From Bilabrum cf. latius (taxonomy: Eukaryota): a stretch of DNA of 64,000 nt. Position numbers and translations under genes: made by a program. The stretch covers positions 620,001 to 684,000 of the forward strand of contig OZ237759.1 in assembly GCA_965178125.1 (NCBI GenBank), read 5' to 3'. Within the stretch, counting starts at the first letter, position 1, and the number at the start of each line of letters is the position of its first letter. Positions 53,401-64,000 of the stretch are shown here, one piece after another. The notes beneath the pieces are model-generated. The model searched no databases. It was given only the letters and a program-made list of their open reading frames with translations, and was not told the origin of the DNA.

Positions 53401-56400
53401 GGAAGGCTCGATTACAGGCCTTCCTCGGGATCCAGTGCGGGAGACTCTCCTAGCGGTGTTGTGCTATTTCATGGACCACGCGATAGGCCCCTGCCGAAGG
53501 CAACCCATCACACCAACCTATAGTCTTTAGGTGGCACGCGCAATGGCAAGATCGCTCGACCTCGACCAAGCTGTGAACCTCATACCAGGCCGGCTGCTGC
53601 GGGTGCGAAGCGTGGCAGACCCGAGAACCCGGCTTCAGATCAGGACGCAAAGAGGAGGAGGACGCTGCGCGGGACTAGCACGTCTGGACATGCCTCGAGG
53701 ATCGACAGCGACAGCGACAGCGATGTTGAACTTGTCTCAAGCAGTCCAGCTCGAGGACGCAGGGACGCAGCGAGTCGTGCCCGCTTACAACCCCTGGAGG
53801 GTGACAGCAATCCTGGCGTTGACTCTTCATCATCCAGCCCAGCATCCGATCCAGATGTAATTTCTGCCATGTACGCTGCTGAACCTGGCCTGAAAACACT
53901 CTGCAGGCACCCGATCAGCAGCACAGTCATTCGAGAGGTACGGCAATCAACCGAGGCACAAGGAAGTCAGATGATGCAGTCTGGAGGTGCGAGTGGGTCA
54001 GACCAATCTTCCGGTCTAGGGCGTGATCCTGCACGTCTTCCAGACGATTTAGACAATGCTGGAAAATATGGAACCCTAGACAGCAGCAGAATTCCAGACT
54101 ATCAAAGAACAAGCAGCCATGGCCAGCCAGACGCTGCCCGCCAGGCCAAGGCACAGCAAGACGCTGCCCACCAGGCCAAGGCTCAGCAAGACGCTGCCCG
54201 CCAGGCCAAGGCACAGCAAGACGCTGCCCGCCAGGCCAAGGCACAGCAAGACGCTGCCCGCCAGCCCAAGGCGCAGCAAGACGCTGCCCGCAAGGCCAAG
54301 GCACAGCAAGACGCTGCCCGCCAGCCCAAGGCACAGCAAGACGCTGCCCGCCAGGCCAAAGCGCAGCAAGACGCTGCCCGCCAGGCCAAGGCACAGCAAG
54401 ACGCTGCCCGCCAGGCCAAGACACAGCAAGACGCTGCCCGCCAGGCCAAGGCACAGCAAGACGCTGCCCGCAAGGCCAAGGCACAGCCAGACGCTGCCCG
54501 CCAGGCCAAGGCACAGCAAGACGCTGCCAGCCAGGCCAAGGCACAGCAAGACGCTGCCCGCCAGGCCAAGGCACAGCAAGACGCTGCCCGCCAGGCCAAG
54601 GCACAGCAAGACGCTGCCCGCCAGGCCAAGGCACAGCAAGACGCTGCCTGGCAGGCCAAGGCACAGCAAGACGCTGCCTGGCAGGCCAAGGCACAGCAAG
54701 ACGCTGCCTGGCAGGCCAAGCCACAGCAAGACGCTGTCCGCCAGGCCAAGCCACAGCAAGACGCTGCCCGCAAGGCCAAGACACAGCAAGACGCTGCCTG
54801 GCAGGCCAAGGCACAGCAAGACGCTGCCCGCCAGGCCAAGGCACAGCAAGACGCTGCCCGCAAGGCCAAGGCACAGCAAGACGCTGCCCGCAAGGCCAAG
54901 GCACAGCAAGACGCTGCCCGCCAGGCCAAGGCACAGCAAGACGCTGCCCGCCAGGCCAAGGCACAGCAAGACGCTGCCCGCCAGGCCAACGCACAGCGAG
55001 ACGCTGCCCGCCAGGCCAAGGCACAGCAAGACGCTGCCCGCCAGGCCAAGGCACAGCAAGACGCTGCCCGCCAGGCCAAGACACAGCAAGACGCTGCCCG
55101 CCAGGCCAAGACACAGCAAGACGCTGCCTGGCAGGCCAAGGCACAGCAAGACGCTGCCCGCCAGGCCAAGGCACAGCAAGACGCTGCCCGCCAGGCCAAG
55201 ACACAGCCAGACGCTGCCCGCCAGGCCAAGGCACAGCAAGACGCTGCCCGCCAGGCCAAGACACAGCAAGACGCTGCCCGCCAGGCCAAGGCACAGCAAG
55301 ACGCTGCCCGCCAGGCCAAGACACAGCAAGACGCTGCCCGCCAGGCCAAGGCACAGCAAGACGCTGCCCGCCAGGCCAAGGCACAGCAAGACGCTGCCCG
55401 CCAGGCCAAGACACAGCAAGACGCTGCCCGCAAGGCCAAGGCACAGCAAGACGCTGCCCACCAGGCCAAGGCACAGCAAGACGCTGTCCGCCAGGCCAAG
55501 ACACAGCAAGACGCTGCCCGCCAGGCCAAGGCACAGCAAGACGCTGCCCACCAGGCCAAGGCACAGCAAGACGCTGCCCGCCAGGCCAAGACACAGCAAG
55601 ACGCTGCCCGCCAGGCCAAGGCACAGCAAGACGCTGCTCGCCAGGCCAAGACACAGCCAGACGCTGCCCGCCAGGCCAAGGCACAGCAAGACGCTGCCCA
55701 CCAGGCCAAGGCACAGCAAGACGCTGTCCGCCAGGCCAAGACACAGCAAGACGCTGCCCGCCAGGCCAAGACACAGCAAGACGCTGCCTGGCAGGCCAAG
55801 ACACAGCAAGACGCTGCCCGCAAGGCCAAGGCACAGCCAGACGCTGCCCGCCAGGCCAAGGCACAGCAAGACGCTGCCCGCCAGGCCAAGGCACAGCAAG
55901 ACGCTGCCCGGCAGGCTAATGCAGATCATTTCGCGGCAAAGAGGCATCTTGATCGCATGCAGGCTGACATTCTTTCTGAGTTCAAGGCAGGACCAAGACC
56001 AAATGCTGCCAATAGTGCTATGGTGAATGGATCGCGCTCTGGGTCGGGTAGCATTTTGCCAAGAGCTCATCGTGCATCCGGGATCCATCGCAGGCATAGT
56101 ATGAGAGGGCGAAGTCGCAGGCTTTTTGGCATACTTCATCAGCCATGGGTGCAGTCTGTTGTGCGAAGCATGCGCCGGCTAGATGCAGACACTGGACCGA
56201 TTCAAAGGAAGGTTGAAGGCATGGCTCGCGATTACTTGCGAGAGCTTCAGAATCACGGGACTATGGCAGTCGCATTTTTGGCTTACTTGTCCCGTCCCAG
56301 TGCTGGTGAGCTGGATGGGATAGTCCATAACCATCTGGTCTCGTTGCACCCAAGGCTTCATGACCAAGCTAAGGCCACCCAGACTACACCGGAAGTCTTG

Positions 56401-57828
56401 GATGCGGTACGAAATGCTTGGTAGCAACTTGCGCATGCTGAATCCGAGGAGTGGGAGGGAATTGTAAAGCGACACATCTAGCTTGCTTTGGAGCCCGTTC
56501 GGATGCTCCAAGACCAGCTGAATCAGCTGGGTATGAGAATGCGGACCGACTTTCAATGGGTATGCGCCCCACGTCCGAACAGTGCATTTCTTCGTAGGCT
56601 GCGAGACACAGCGCGAAGCATGTATGCGCGCGACCGGTCAGGACATGCTGCGCAGTCTCAGCCAGGGGCAGCCTCCGCGCCCGCACCGGCACCAGCACGA
56701 GCACCTGCACCTGCACCGGCACCGGCACCTGCACCTGCACCTGCAAATACACCTGCACGACCCACTACGAGTGCAGTTCGGTCAGCATTGAGTAGGCTGC
56801 CTCGACCCAGCGTGGAGGGCCGTCGCAACGCCATGGCAGCAGCAGCAGCAGCTGCTGCATCAGTCGCTACAGGCGGCCTCGTGAGACCATTCCATGCAAT
56901 CGGGGAAGCAGAAACCGTTGCTGTGCCCTCATCAAGCGGTGTGATTCCTGGACATGCCGAGAGAGAACAGCTTGGCGTTGGCCTTTCTGCGTCATCTGAT
57001 AAAGAGCAGCCGATGCAGTTGTTCGGCACGGATCCACCGGTCTCTAGTGGGGGTTCTCTCCCGCAAGATTATGCAGCTAGCGTCGACGGAAGACCGCGTG
57101 TACCCCTTTATCTGGCTGCAGGTGCTACGGACTCCTTATTAGATGTAACTGGTGCTGATTTAGAGCCTGCTTCCTCCCATGCCCCGTCAGTGGAAAGCCG
57201 AACCGTATAGTCATGGTTTACATCCGAATCTGCACTGCAAGATCATGGACTGGGACCTAGCAGCCAGAGAACGGGAGCTTAGCTGCATGTGCAGGGTGCA
57301 CAGGCCGATCACCGCAACGAAGCTGAACCTCGCTACCGTGATCGTCATCCATTCGCTGGTACGAGTGGCACAGGGGATGGCGGAGGAGAACGTGCTGACG
57401 GCCTCACAATGCCAGGAATACCGAGTGGTGCCGGGGGCCTTCCGCCGCTGCCTATCCTCGGCCTTCCACCGCTGCCTACCCTCGGCCTTGCAGCGAGCCC
57501 ACGTCCCCCTGGAGGTGCAGCGTCGTAGGGTTCCTGTGACGGCGCCAGACTGTTTCAAATTGGAGGTCGAAGCGCTGAGAGTCCCGGTCTGCACGGTCCT
57601 GGAGAAGCCGCAGGGCCTGCACCGTCTGATGCAGCAGGAACTGCAGCTGCAGCAGGTGCAGTCCCTCAGGTAGGTACTGACCGCGGTCAACCGAGAAAAG
57701 AGAGCGCAGACGAGCCAAAGCACAGCGTAATCAGACGGCAGGGTCCAGCCGGAGGCAAGCCTGACGTCGAAGGCACTGGATCTAGATCCGGGGTAGCAGG
57801 TGCTACCCATAGGTAGCAAGGTGTTTGA
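50410..57828 (+). CDS. Ankyrin-repeat protein, paralog 1 (~2016 aa); exons 50410-50438, 50630-50825, 51693-51800, 51900-52004, 52104-52226, 52339-57828
   Basis: Ankyrin-like TVVHLAA..VLEILLQAGGD, YPVQLAAKNG..AVKLLLDSGA, EPLT*AIRGHHPE..VLVQYGA; all five introns GT-AG, phase-compatible and at the same positions as in paralog 2; last exon broken only by TAG; TGA 57826. Confidence 0.75.
51089..51535 (-). CDS. Possible small gene nested antisense in intron 2 of ankyrin paralog 1
   Basis: ATG 51535 just after an AT-rich tract (51540-51590); helical-looking MEGLVAEVRSAGLQALRDAD...; with TAG as sense ends at TGA 51089, or may splice at GTGAG 51148. Confidence 0.4.
53262..53441 (+). repeat. 51-bp coding tandem repeat (~3.5 copies; PSSGSSAGWKPGRLDYR)
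   Basis: Seen directly. Confidence 0.9.
54124..55923 (+). repeat. 30-bp coding minisatellite, ~60 copies of QQDAARQAKA
   Basis: Unit cagcaagacgctgcccgccaggccaaggca with sparse recurring variants and no indels. Confidence 0.98.
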
Positions 57829-58717
57829 GTTTGATGTGTATAGAATCATATGGTTAATCCAGCACATTTGGCAACGTAGAGCTACACCAGTGGCCTACCA
57901 CCTCCTGGCCGCGTCTGCGCCCCCCGCTGTGCCATCCGGGATCCTCGTGCAACCTCGGTGGACAACTTGCGTCCGGATAGGAAAGGAGCAGGCGTGCCGA
58001 TCAGGCCTGATGCCGATGGCCGTGAAGCCCTCCTCCAGGAATTAAGCCCGGAGCTCAAATTTTAATGCATTAAAGCATGAAACTATTGTAGTAGACAAAT
58101 GCAGACAAGTGCGTGATTTAAATCTAAATCTGGTTTTGCCACCTAAACTTCTTGCGTGGTAGATCTAGCTATAGACTTGTCAGAACTATTGCAAAGTCAG
58201 ATGCTTGAAAATTTTAGATAGTGTCTCGTTCAATGTAAGATATGACACAACTTGAAAGACCTAAATAGTCTGCTGCAGTAGATAGACAGTGGGGGTTACG
58301 CGAAATCTGCCAACAGGTAGGACTGGGTGGCCAAATGAAGCAAAGCTCCACAGGCTGACTAGCATCTCCCTCAAGAGACAGTCTCAACTAAAAACTAGCA
58401 TAGTCTAGCACAAGTTGTGGGCTGGCGCCGCGCATAAGCAAGCAGGAACGGTGCGACCGAACATTGCACGGAGCGCCTGATCACGATCGCACATCAGAAT
58501 CCAACACATCCGTGTTAGGAATCTAGTGATTGTAACTAATTTAATCTGGAATTTTGAATAGTCGCCATTCTATTCAACTCAAATAGCTCAAAAATGCCAA
58601 CAAAAGGAAATGCGAGACTCTTTCTCGGCTCCGAATCGAAAGTGTCCGGGCGGGAAGCATTCACACAAGCAGGCGACGACTCCGACATTTCGCACCCTCT
58701 GTATAATCCGCCAGGAG

Positions 58718-61700
58718 ATGCTTCGAACGTGAGTACGCGACAATATAAACCCCGAGCTTGCACCGGGCAGCTTCGGAGCGCAAACCTTGGCGGGGTCATG
58801 TGAATGGTGTGCAGCAGGCACCGACATGCATGATTGAGGCTAGCGTCACGATCGATACTAACCGCACAAAATACTCCTACGCGCCGCAGCAGAAGAGTGC
58901 GGAAGCCCCGAACCTTGACACAGGAACAACTCCAACTCCACACGAAGCTACGCGTGGCACTGTCCAAATCGGACTGTGCCCCATCCGAGGCTGACTGGAC
59001 CGATGTGAAGAAGCAGCGTGACATTGCGGTAGTGCTGCAATATAAGACAGACGTGCTCTTGGGGACAAAAGTAAGTGGTGCAAGCCGTGCTTGGCCACGC
59101 CTAGCTAGGCTTACTGCAACCTAGCGAAGCTGGATACTTATCAAGATGAAGATTCAAACAATCCGGATATTTATTTCAAAATAGTAAAGCAGGTGACCGA
59201 AGCAAGCCTGATGCATCTTGCTGCAAAATAGCCAAATTGGGAGGTTCTTTAGCGTATTATCGAGCTTGGTGGCGATGCCAACTAGGGTAGTCATCATCCA
59301 AATGTGAGCAACTTGCATGTCACGAAAACTGTTGAGATCATTATTCGCAGGGCGGTTCGTTGGTTCCAACAAACTAGTTCTGGCTGTTACTGAACCATTT
59401 AATACGAGCAGCATCCCTTGTATCCGATCCAGTTCTCTGCATTCGAGGGTCTTTGGAGGAACATTGAGATTCTGGTTAAAGGTGGGGCGAAGCCGCTCGT
59501 ATATGGACAAGTGAGATTCAACAGGTTCATATACCGAACCTGCAGAATCCTTCTCAATATATCTAGTTGTAATCTTGCTCCGTGGTTCCGCAGATGTACG
59601 ATGAGTGTGGAGACGAGCCGCTCACGTTGGCCGTCAAGGGCAGCCATCCAGAGGCATGTGCTATTTTGGTGCACCTGGGTGCCCCTTTGGACATGGTGAT
59701 TAACGTGAGCGATCCTATATTACTATGTATGGAGTTTGAACTATGTGTGGACAGCATTGAAGTGTCAGTCACTGCTACCATCCCGGCTGATTGTCTTGGC
59801 TTTGTGTCCGCAGAGATCGCAATCAACGAAGATCACACTCCTGGATCTCGCCATTGGTCGCGTTGCAGTCAAGCGCCAGGAAGCACGCAACTTGCCGGGC
59901 TCCGTTGCTAGCCAGCTTGAAGAGGCGGATATCATTCTGAAAGCCATGCGAGCAGCGAATGCACTGCCTGGTGAACAGGGAAAGCCAAGCTCTACACGGT
60001 TCGTGCGTGCCATTTTGGAGGGGCTCCCAAGCGACAGGAGTTCCGAGCTCGTATTGCACCTGCCAGAGTACTAGACAGAGACAAAGGCATACGGGGCCGC
60101 TACGGATGGATCGTCGTCGTTGTCATCTTCCTCATCGGCAGCCTCATCAACTGCATCTAGGGCTAAACCTGAAGCGCGTGTAGCGGCGTTATTGTCGACA
60201 ATTTCGCCGTCCTCGTTGACTACAGTATCATCGTGCGCTAGATCATCAGTTCCAGTGATGGCTTCCGCCGGACCAACGCCTTCAACGGATGCAATCCCAG
60301 GAGGTATATTGGTCCGCCCAATGCCGCATGCCGATGGTGCTGCCATGAGCAGCAACAGCAGCAAACCTCAGACCGTGACAAATATGGATCGCGATAGATT
60401 ACCTGCAAAGAGCGCGCATACCGACTCCCGCGGCATGTTTTCAATTGGATCCAAGCGCAAGAGGAGCCTTGCCTTCGCCAGTAGTGAAAGGAAGCAACTA
60501 CTACCACATGATGATTCGAGTGAATAGGCAACCAAGGTCCCATCAAGCTGGGCAGCCGGGCCTGGTGCTTTCTCAAGAGAGAGGAAAGGTAGCAGCAGGC
60601 TTGCTATCACGGCCCCACCTGCTGGGAAATCAGGTAAAGCTGAAGCACAAGGTCTGGCGTCTTAGTCCAGCTACACGATGGCCAGCGCTGGAAGCCCGGT
60701 CATGAATGGCCATTCCGCCTCATTCAGCGACGTGGATGGACTTGCATCAGATGTTGAAGACGACAATACGGCCCATCAATTTGTCGACCGGTCTCATGGG
60801 TCAGCTGGACAGCTGTACTCTGGAGCTGGTCGCTCGAACTTTGCACCAGCCTGGCTCTCTACCCTGTAGGCCAACTGGACGCAATCGGCACAGAGAATGC
60901 TGCAGAGACAAAGAGACCTGGAGGAGGCCGCAGGATAGGAAGCTGCGCCAGCTGCAACAGGGTTATTGCGAAAGCTTCGTCATGTGGGCGACACGGAGGT
61001 CGCTCTAGTGAAGCAGCTATGCAGACACCAAGCTTCAGCGCTGGACCGCGTCGTTTATCGATAGCTTATCGAGCAAAATCCAACGTTGGAAAGCAAGAGT
61101 AGGAAACAGTCCAACTGCAGCCCGAGCGTTAAGTCAGTCGTCGCAGAAGGGTGGAAACGATGCTCCGATGCCGCTAACAAGCGGCTGCTCGACCGAGGCA
61201 CAGAATGCATGAGGGCCGCTCATCTCGAAATTGCACGCCTGGTCCAATTGTGCAGGTAGAACGGGGGCATCCCTGACGATATTATTGCTTTTTTGCGTGA
61301 TCCTGATCCACGCAGCCAACTGCTGGCCGAAATCCAGTCAAGGGCGCAGGTGACCTACGGCGCAAGAGACGAACACAACTCTGCTGGCAACGATGATACA
61401 AAGTCAGTTCCAATGGCGATGCAATAGGATATGAGGGTAAAACTGCTGGACGCTAGGCAGGGCATGCAACTGAAGTCAAGTTCAGTGACCAGGCACATTG
61501 GTATGCAGGGCGGCAGCCTTCGCCGCGATCCGTAGCTCCAGACGGTCCTGGCAGCTCAACGCGGCCCCGCGGCACTCATGGCCGGGACACCAACACCCTC
61601 CACCATAAGGGTTACTCCTATGGCCCCTTCAAAGGAACCACCAAGAGTTAGCCGAGTCGCACTCGGAGCCATTAGCACCAATGACGGCTCCGCGCAGTCA

Positions 61701-63560
61701 AGTGACATCACCAGTGGCAGTTCGTCTGGGGAGCCATACCGCGGAGTGACTGCTTCGCACCCTGCACCAGCCAGTTTCCAAGTCAGTACCGGCACGAGAT
61801 CTCGACCGGCTGCTCCTGTGAAAGAGGATTCAGACGGCGTTTCAGTTGTGCCTTCTGAGGAGGGTGACACTGAAGAAGACTCGGATGAAGACTCGAATGA
61901 AGACTCGGATGAAGACTCGGATGAAGACTCCAGTGGAGGCTCCGACGGCACTCTGGCCAAAGATTCAGCCGCGGTCCTGCAAACGATCAAAGCAAGGTGG
62001 CGCATTATCGCCAATCACATTCTGCCGAAGTGGGTGTCCGAGCAGTCGGCCATCTTGCAAGATGCCAGCGCCCCAGTGGAGAAATTCATCAGGAGACTCA
62101 TTCGGAAAGGCCGCCCAGCCGGGCCGCTGCTCGCGTACCTCATGCGGCCCAGTGCGCATGCGCTCGAGGATGCAATTTTTGTTCGACTCCACGAAAAAAT
62201 GCCGTAGCTCAACAGTGAGCCGCCGTTTGATATGAGTGGTGATGGACACCAGGTCATGGGGAAAAAAGAGAAACTTTGTGCGGACTGGATTCGACAACAC
62301 TGTTGCAGGGCCGACGCGAGTTCCCGTGCATGGCTAGAGCAAACTTTGACTGCGGTGAGGACTTTAATGTGTCAGCTTCAACTGTGCGGTCAGATGCCCT
62401 CTGCTGCCCTGGATTTCATATGCGAGCCTTTCCCTGACAGTGGGCTGCTGAAGAATGCTCGCACGATTGCATAGGAATGGATTCACCGCGGGACAACTGG
62501 ATTCCTCGGAGCCAACCAGGACCAACGCGCCGGTTCGTCTCTGAATGTAGAAGAGTCGAGATCAGAAGTGCCAGCGCTATCCTCATCACTAACACCCGCA
62601 TCTGCGCCAGCTCTGAACGTGCCGACTCGTCACATGCGGAGTGAAACGCAGTCAATCATGCCACGCCGGCTTCCATTGAGGCGCAGAGCAACCGGAGCAC
62701 CCAGCTCCACGGCCCATGGTGCGCGTACAAAAGTAGCTGTAGCCTGTCAATCTGCGCAAAGTGCTGCCCAAACGCTGGAATGTGCCGGATTTCAGGCTAA
62801 TACCGATGATACTAGAGCAAGACGTCAACGATCGGCCACGTCCTGTGCGGACACCGCAAGACATCAAGGATCAGCCACGTCCAGTGGGGACAGTGCAAGA
62901 CGTCACGGATCGGCCATGTCCAGTGGGGACAGTGCAAGACGTCAAGGATCGGCCACGTCCAGTGGGGACAGCGCAAGACGTCAAGGATCGGCCATGTCCA
63001 GTGGGGAAGTAGTTGAACCGCATAGCACCGTAATAATAAGCCGGATACCCATATTCAGGCGGGGCTCTGCGTAGGCGCTACCCGCTGCACGGCTTGTCGA
63101 CGAGATGGAACTGCACAAGGCAGCCCAGGGGTGCGTGGATCGGGATCAGGATGCGGATCCGGATCCGGATAGGCTTAAGTTTTGTCAGTAGTACCGCAGT
63201 AAGTTGGGGGCCCTTCCTTTGAACCGGGACGGTGAGAAGTCTGCTGCAGCTCCGGTCAAGGGAGTGAGCATGCAAGGAGTTGGAGATGCAAGATGGCGAG
63301 CTGGTGCAGTGCAGGGTCAATGCAGTGCCTGTGCAGGCAGCAGAGCCGAGCTTGAAGTGCAAAGGAACGCAATGGGGCACAGTGCAGCTGCCAAGATGAT
63401 TGCTGGAAATAATGCTCCCACAGACATGCAGCTTGCCACGTTCGACACGCGTGCGGTGTTAGCTGCAAGGGCAGCTGGGCACGGGGCCAACGTGCATGGA
63501 CCACGCGATGCTCAAAAGGCGATCGAAATGATAATTGCTGGTTTGGATGGAATCAATTGA
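58718..63560 (+). CDS. Ankyrin-repeat protein, paralog 2 (~1419 aa); exons 58718-58728, 58890-59070, 59193-59303, 59412-59510, 59594-59704, 59814-63560
   Basis: Exon-by-exon similarity to paralog 1 (ALSKSDC..SEA.W, HLAA..PN..VL..GGDA, HPLYPIQ, YDECGDEPLT); last exon joins ORFs 59736, 60120, 60678, 61578, 62232, 62568 and 63204 via TAG only; TGA 63558. Exon 1 is tentative. Confidence 0.75.
62814..63008 (+). repeat. 39-bp coding tandem repeat (ARRQGSATSSGDS, 5 copies)
   Basis: Seen directly. Confidence 0.9.
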
Positions 63561-64000
63561 TGTATACTCGTGTATATTTAGACGCTTTGCTTGGTCAATC
63601 GGCCCGGCCTATTCCCCCTTTCTATGGATAGCTATTCTGGATCCCCTGTGTGGGTATCGGGCAGATGACCCGGCTGACCAGCTCATCCCACCGGTCCTCC
63701 ACCCAGCTAATGAGCTTTCGCTTGTTTCCTCCTCCACCCCTAGTGCCTTGCTTGACCTGTCCCCGACCTTTTCCTCCTTAGCTTCACTTCATCGCATCCG
63801 ACCCTGCACATTTAAGGGGGGCTGCGTCCAGCGCGTGACCTCGATCTTAGAGACCGTATTGGCTTCACCGAGTAGCCTTCACGCAGCTGGCGGTCACTAT
63901 CCTTTTGGATACTGCTTCCGCTTTCGTAGCGCGGTATCAAGACCTCCTTGAATCATGCTCTTAAATTGGGGTTTCCCCCTTCACAAACACACCAAACCGG

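Noticed and set aside
53927-56139. Long overlapping ORFs (655, 687, 635, 568 aa), or a CRISPR-like array
   Set aside because: Shadow frames of a 30-bp tandem repeat; units are contiguous with no unique spacers and no cas genes.
63535-63951. 138-aa ORF at the window end
   Set aside because: Overlaps the stop of paralog 2, non-ATG start, no motifs; unsupported.

Overview
Gene-dense, GC-rich eukaryotic nuclear DNA from a protist, with short AT-richer spacers and short GT-AG spliceosomal introns. The Ala/Gly/Ser-rich protein inserts resemble heterotrophic stramenopiles such as bicosoecids, but that is only an inference. The main result is that the window uses a non-standard genetic code in which TAG is a sense codon, most likely Gln, while TGA and TAA remain stops. 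Reading TAG as sense joins dozens of same-frame ORF fragments into about 19 intact genes. Examples: PrimPol has 17 in-frame TAGs, one inside its zinc finger, and a ~2500-aa FN3/Cys-rich membrane protein has about 26; neither has an internal TAA, TGA or frameshift. Genes: RPL8/uL2, MET17-type sulfhydrylase, GPC1 acyltransferase, Amun-like HhH protein, PrimPol, a phage tail-collar-domain protein, an SF1 (Upf1/DNA2-like) helicase, ricin-B plus GH29 fucosidase, a GCNA/SprT-like pseudoprotease, two ankyrin-repeat paralogs sharing an unrecognised domain, an FtsX-like remnant and several hypotheticals. Secondary signals are a strongly over-represented decamer (GTGACGAGTG) inside coding DNA and a possible antisense gene nested in an intron. 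All counts and alignments were made by eye.
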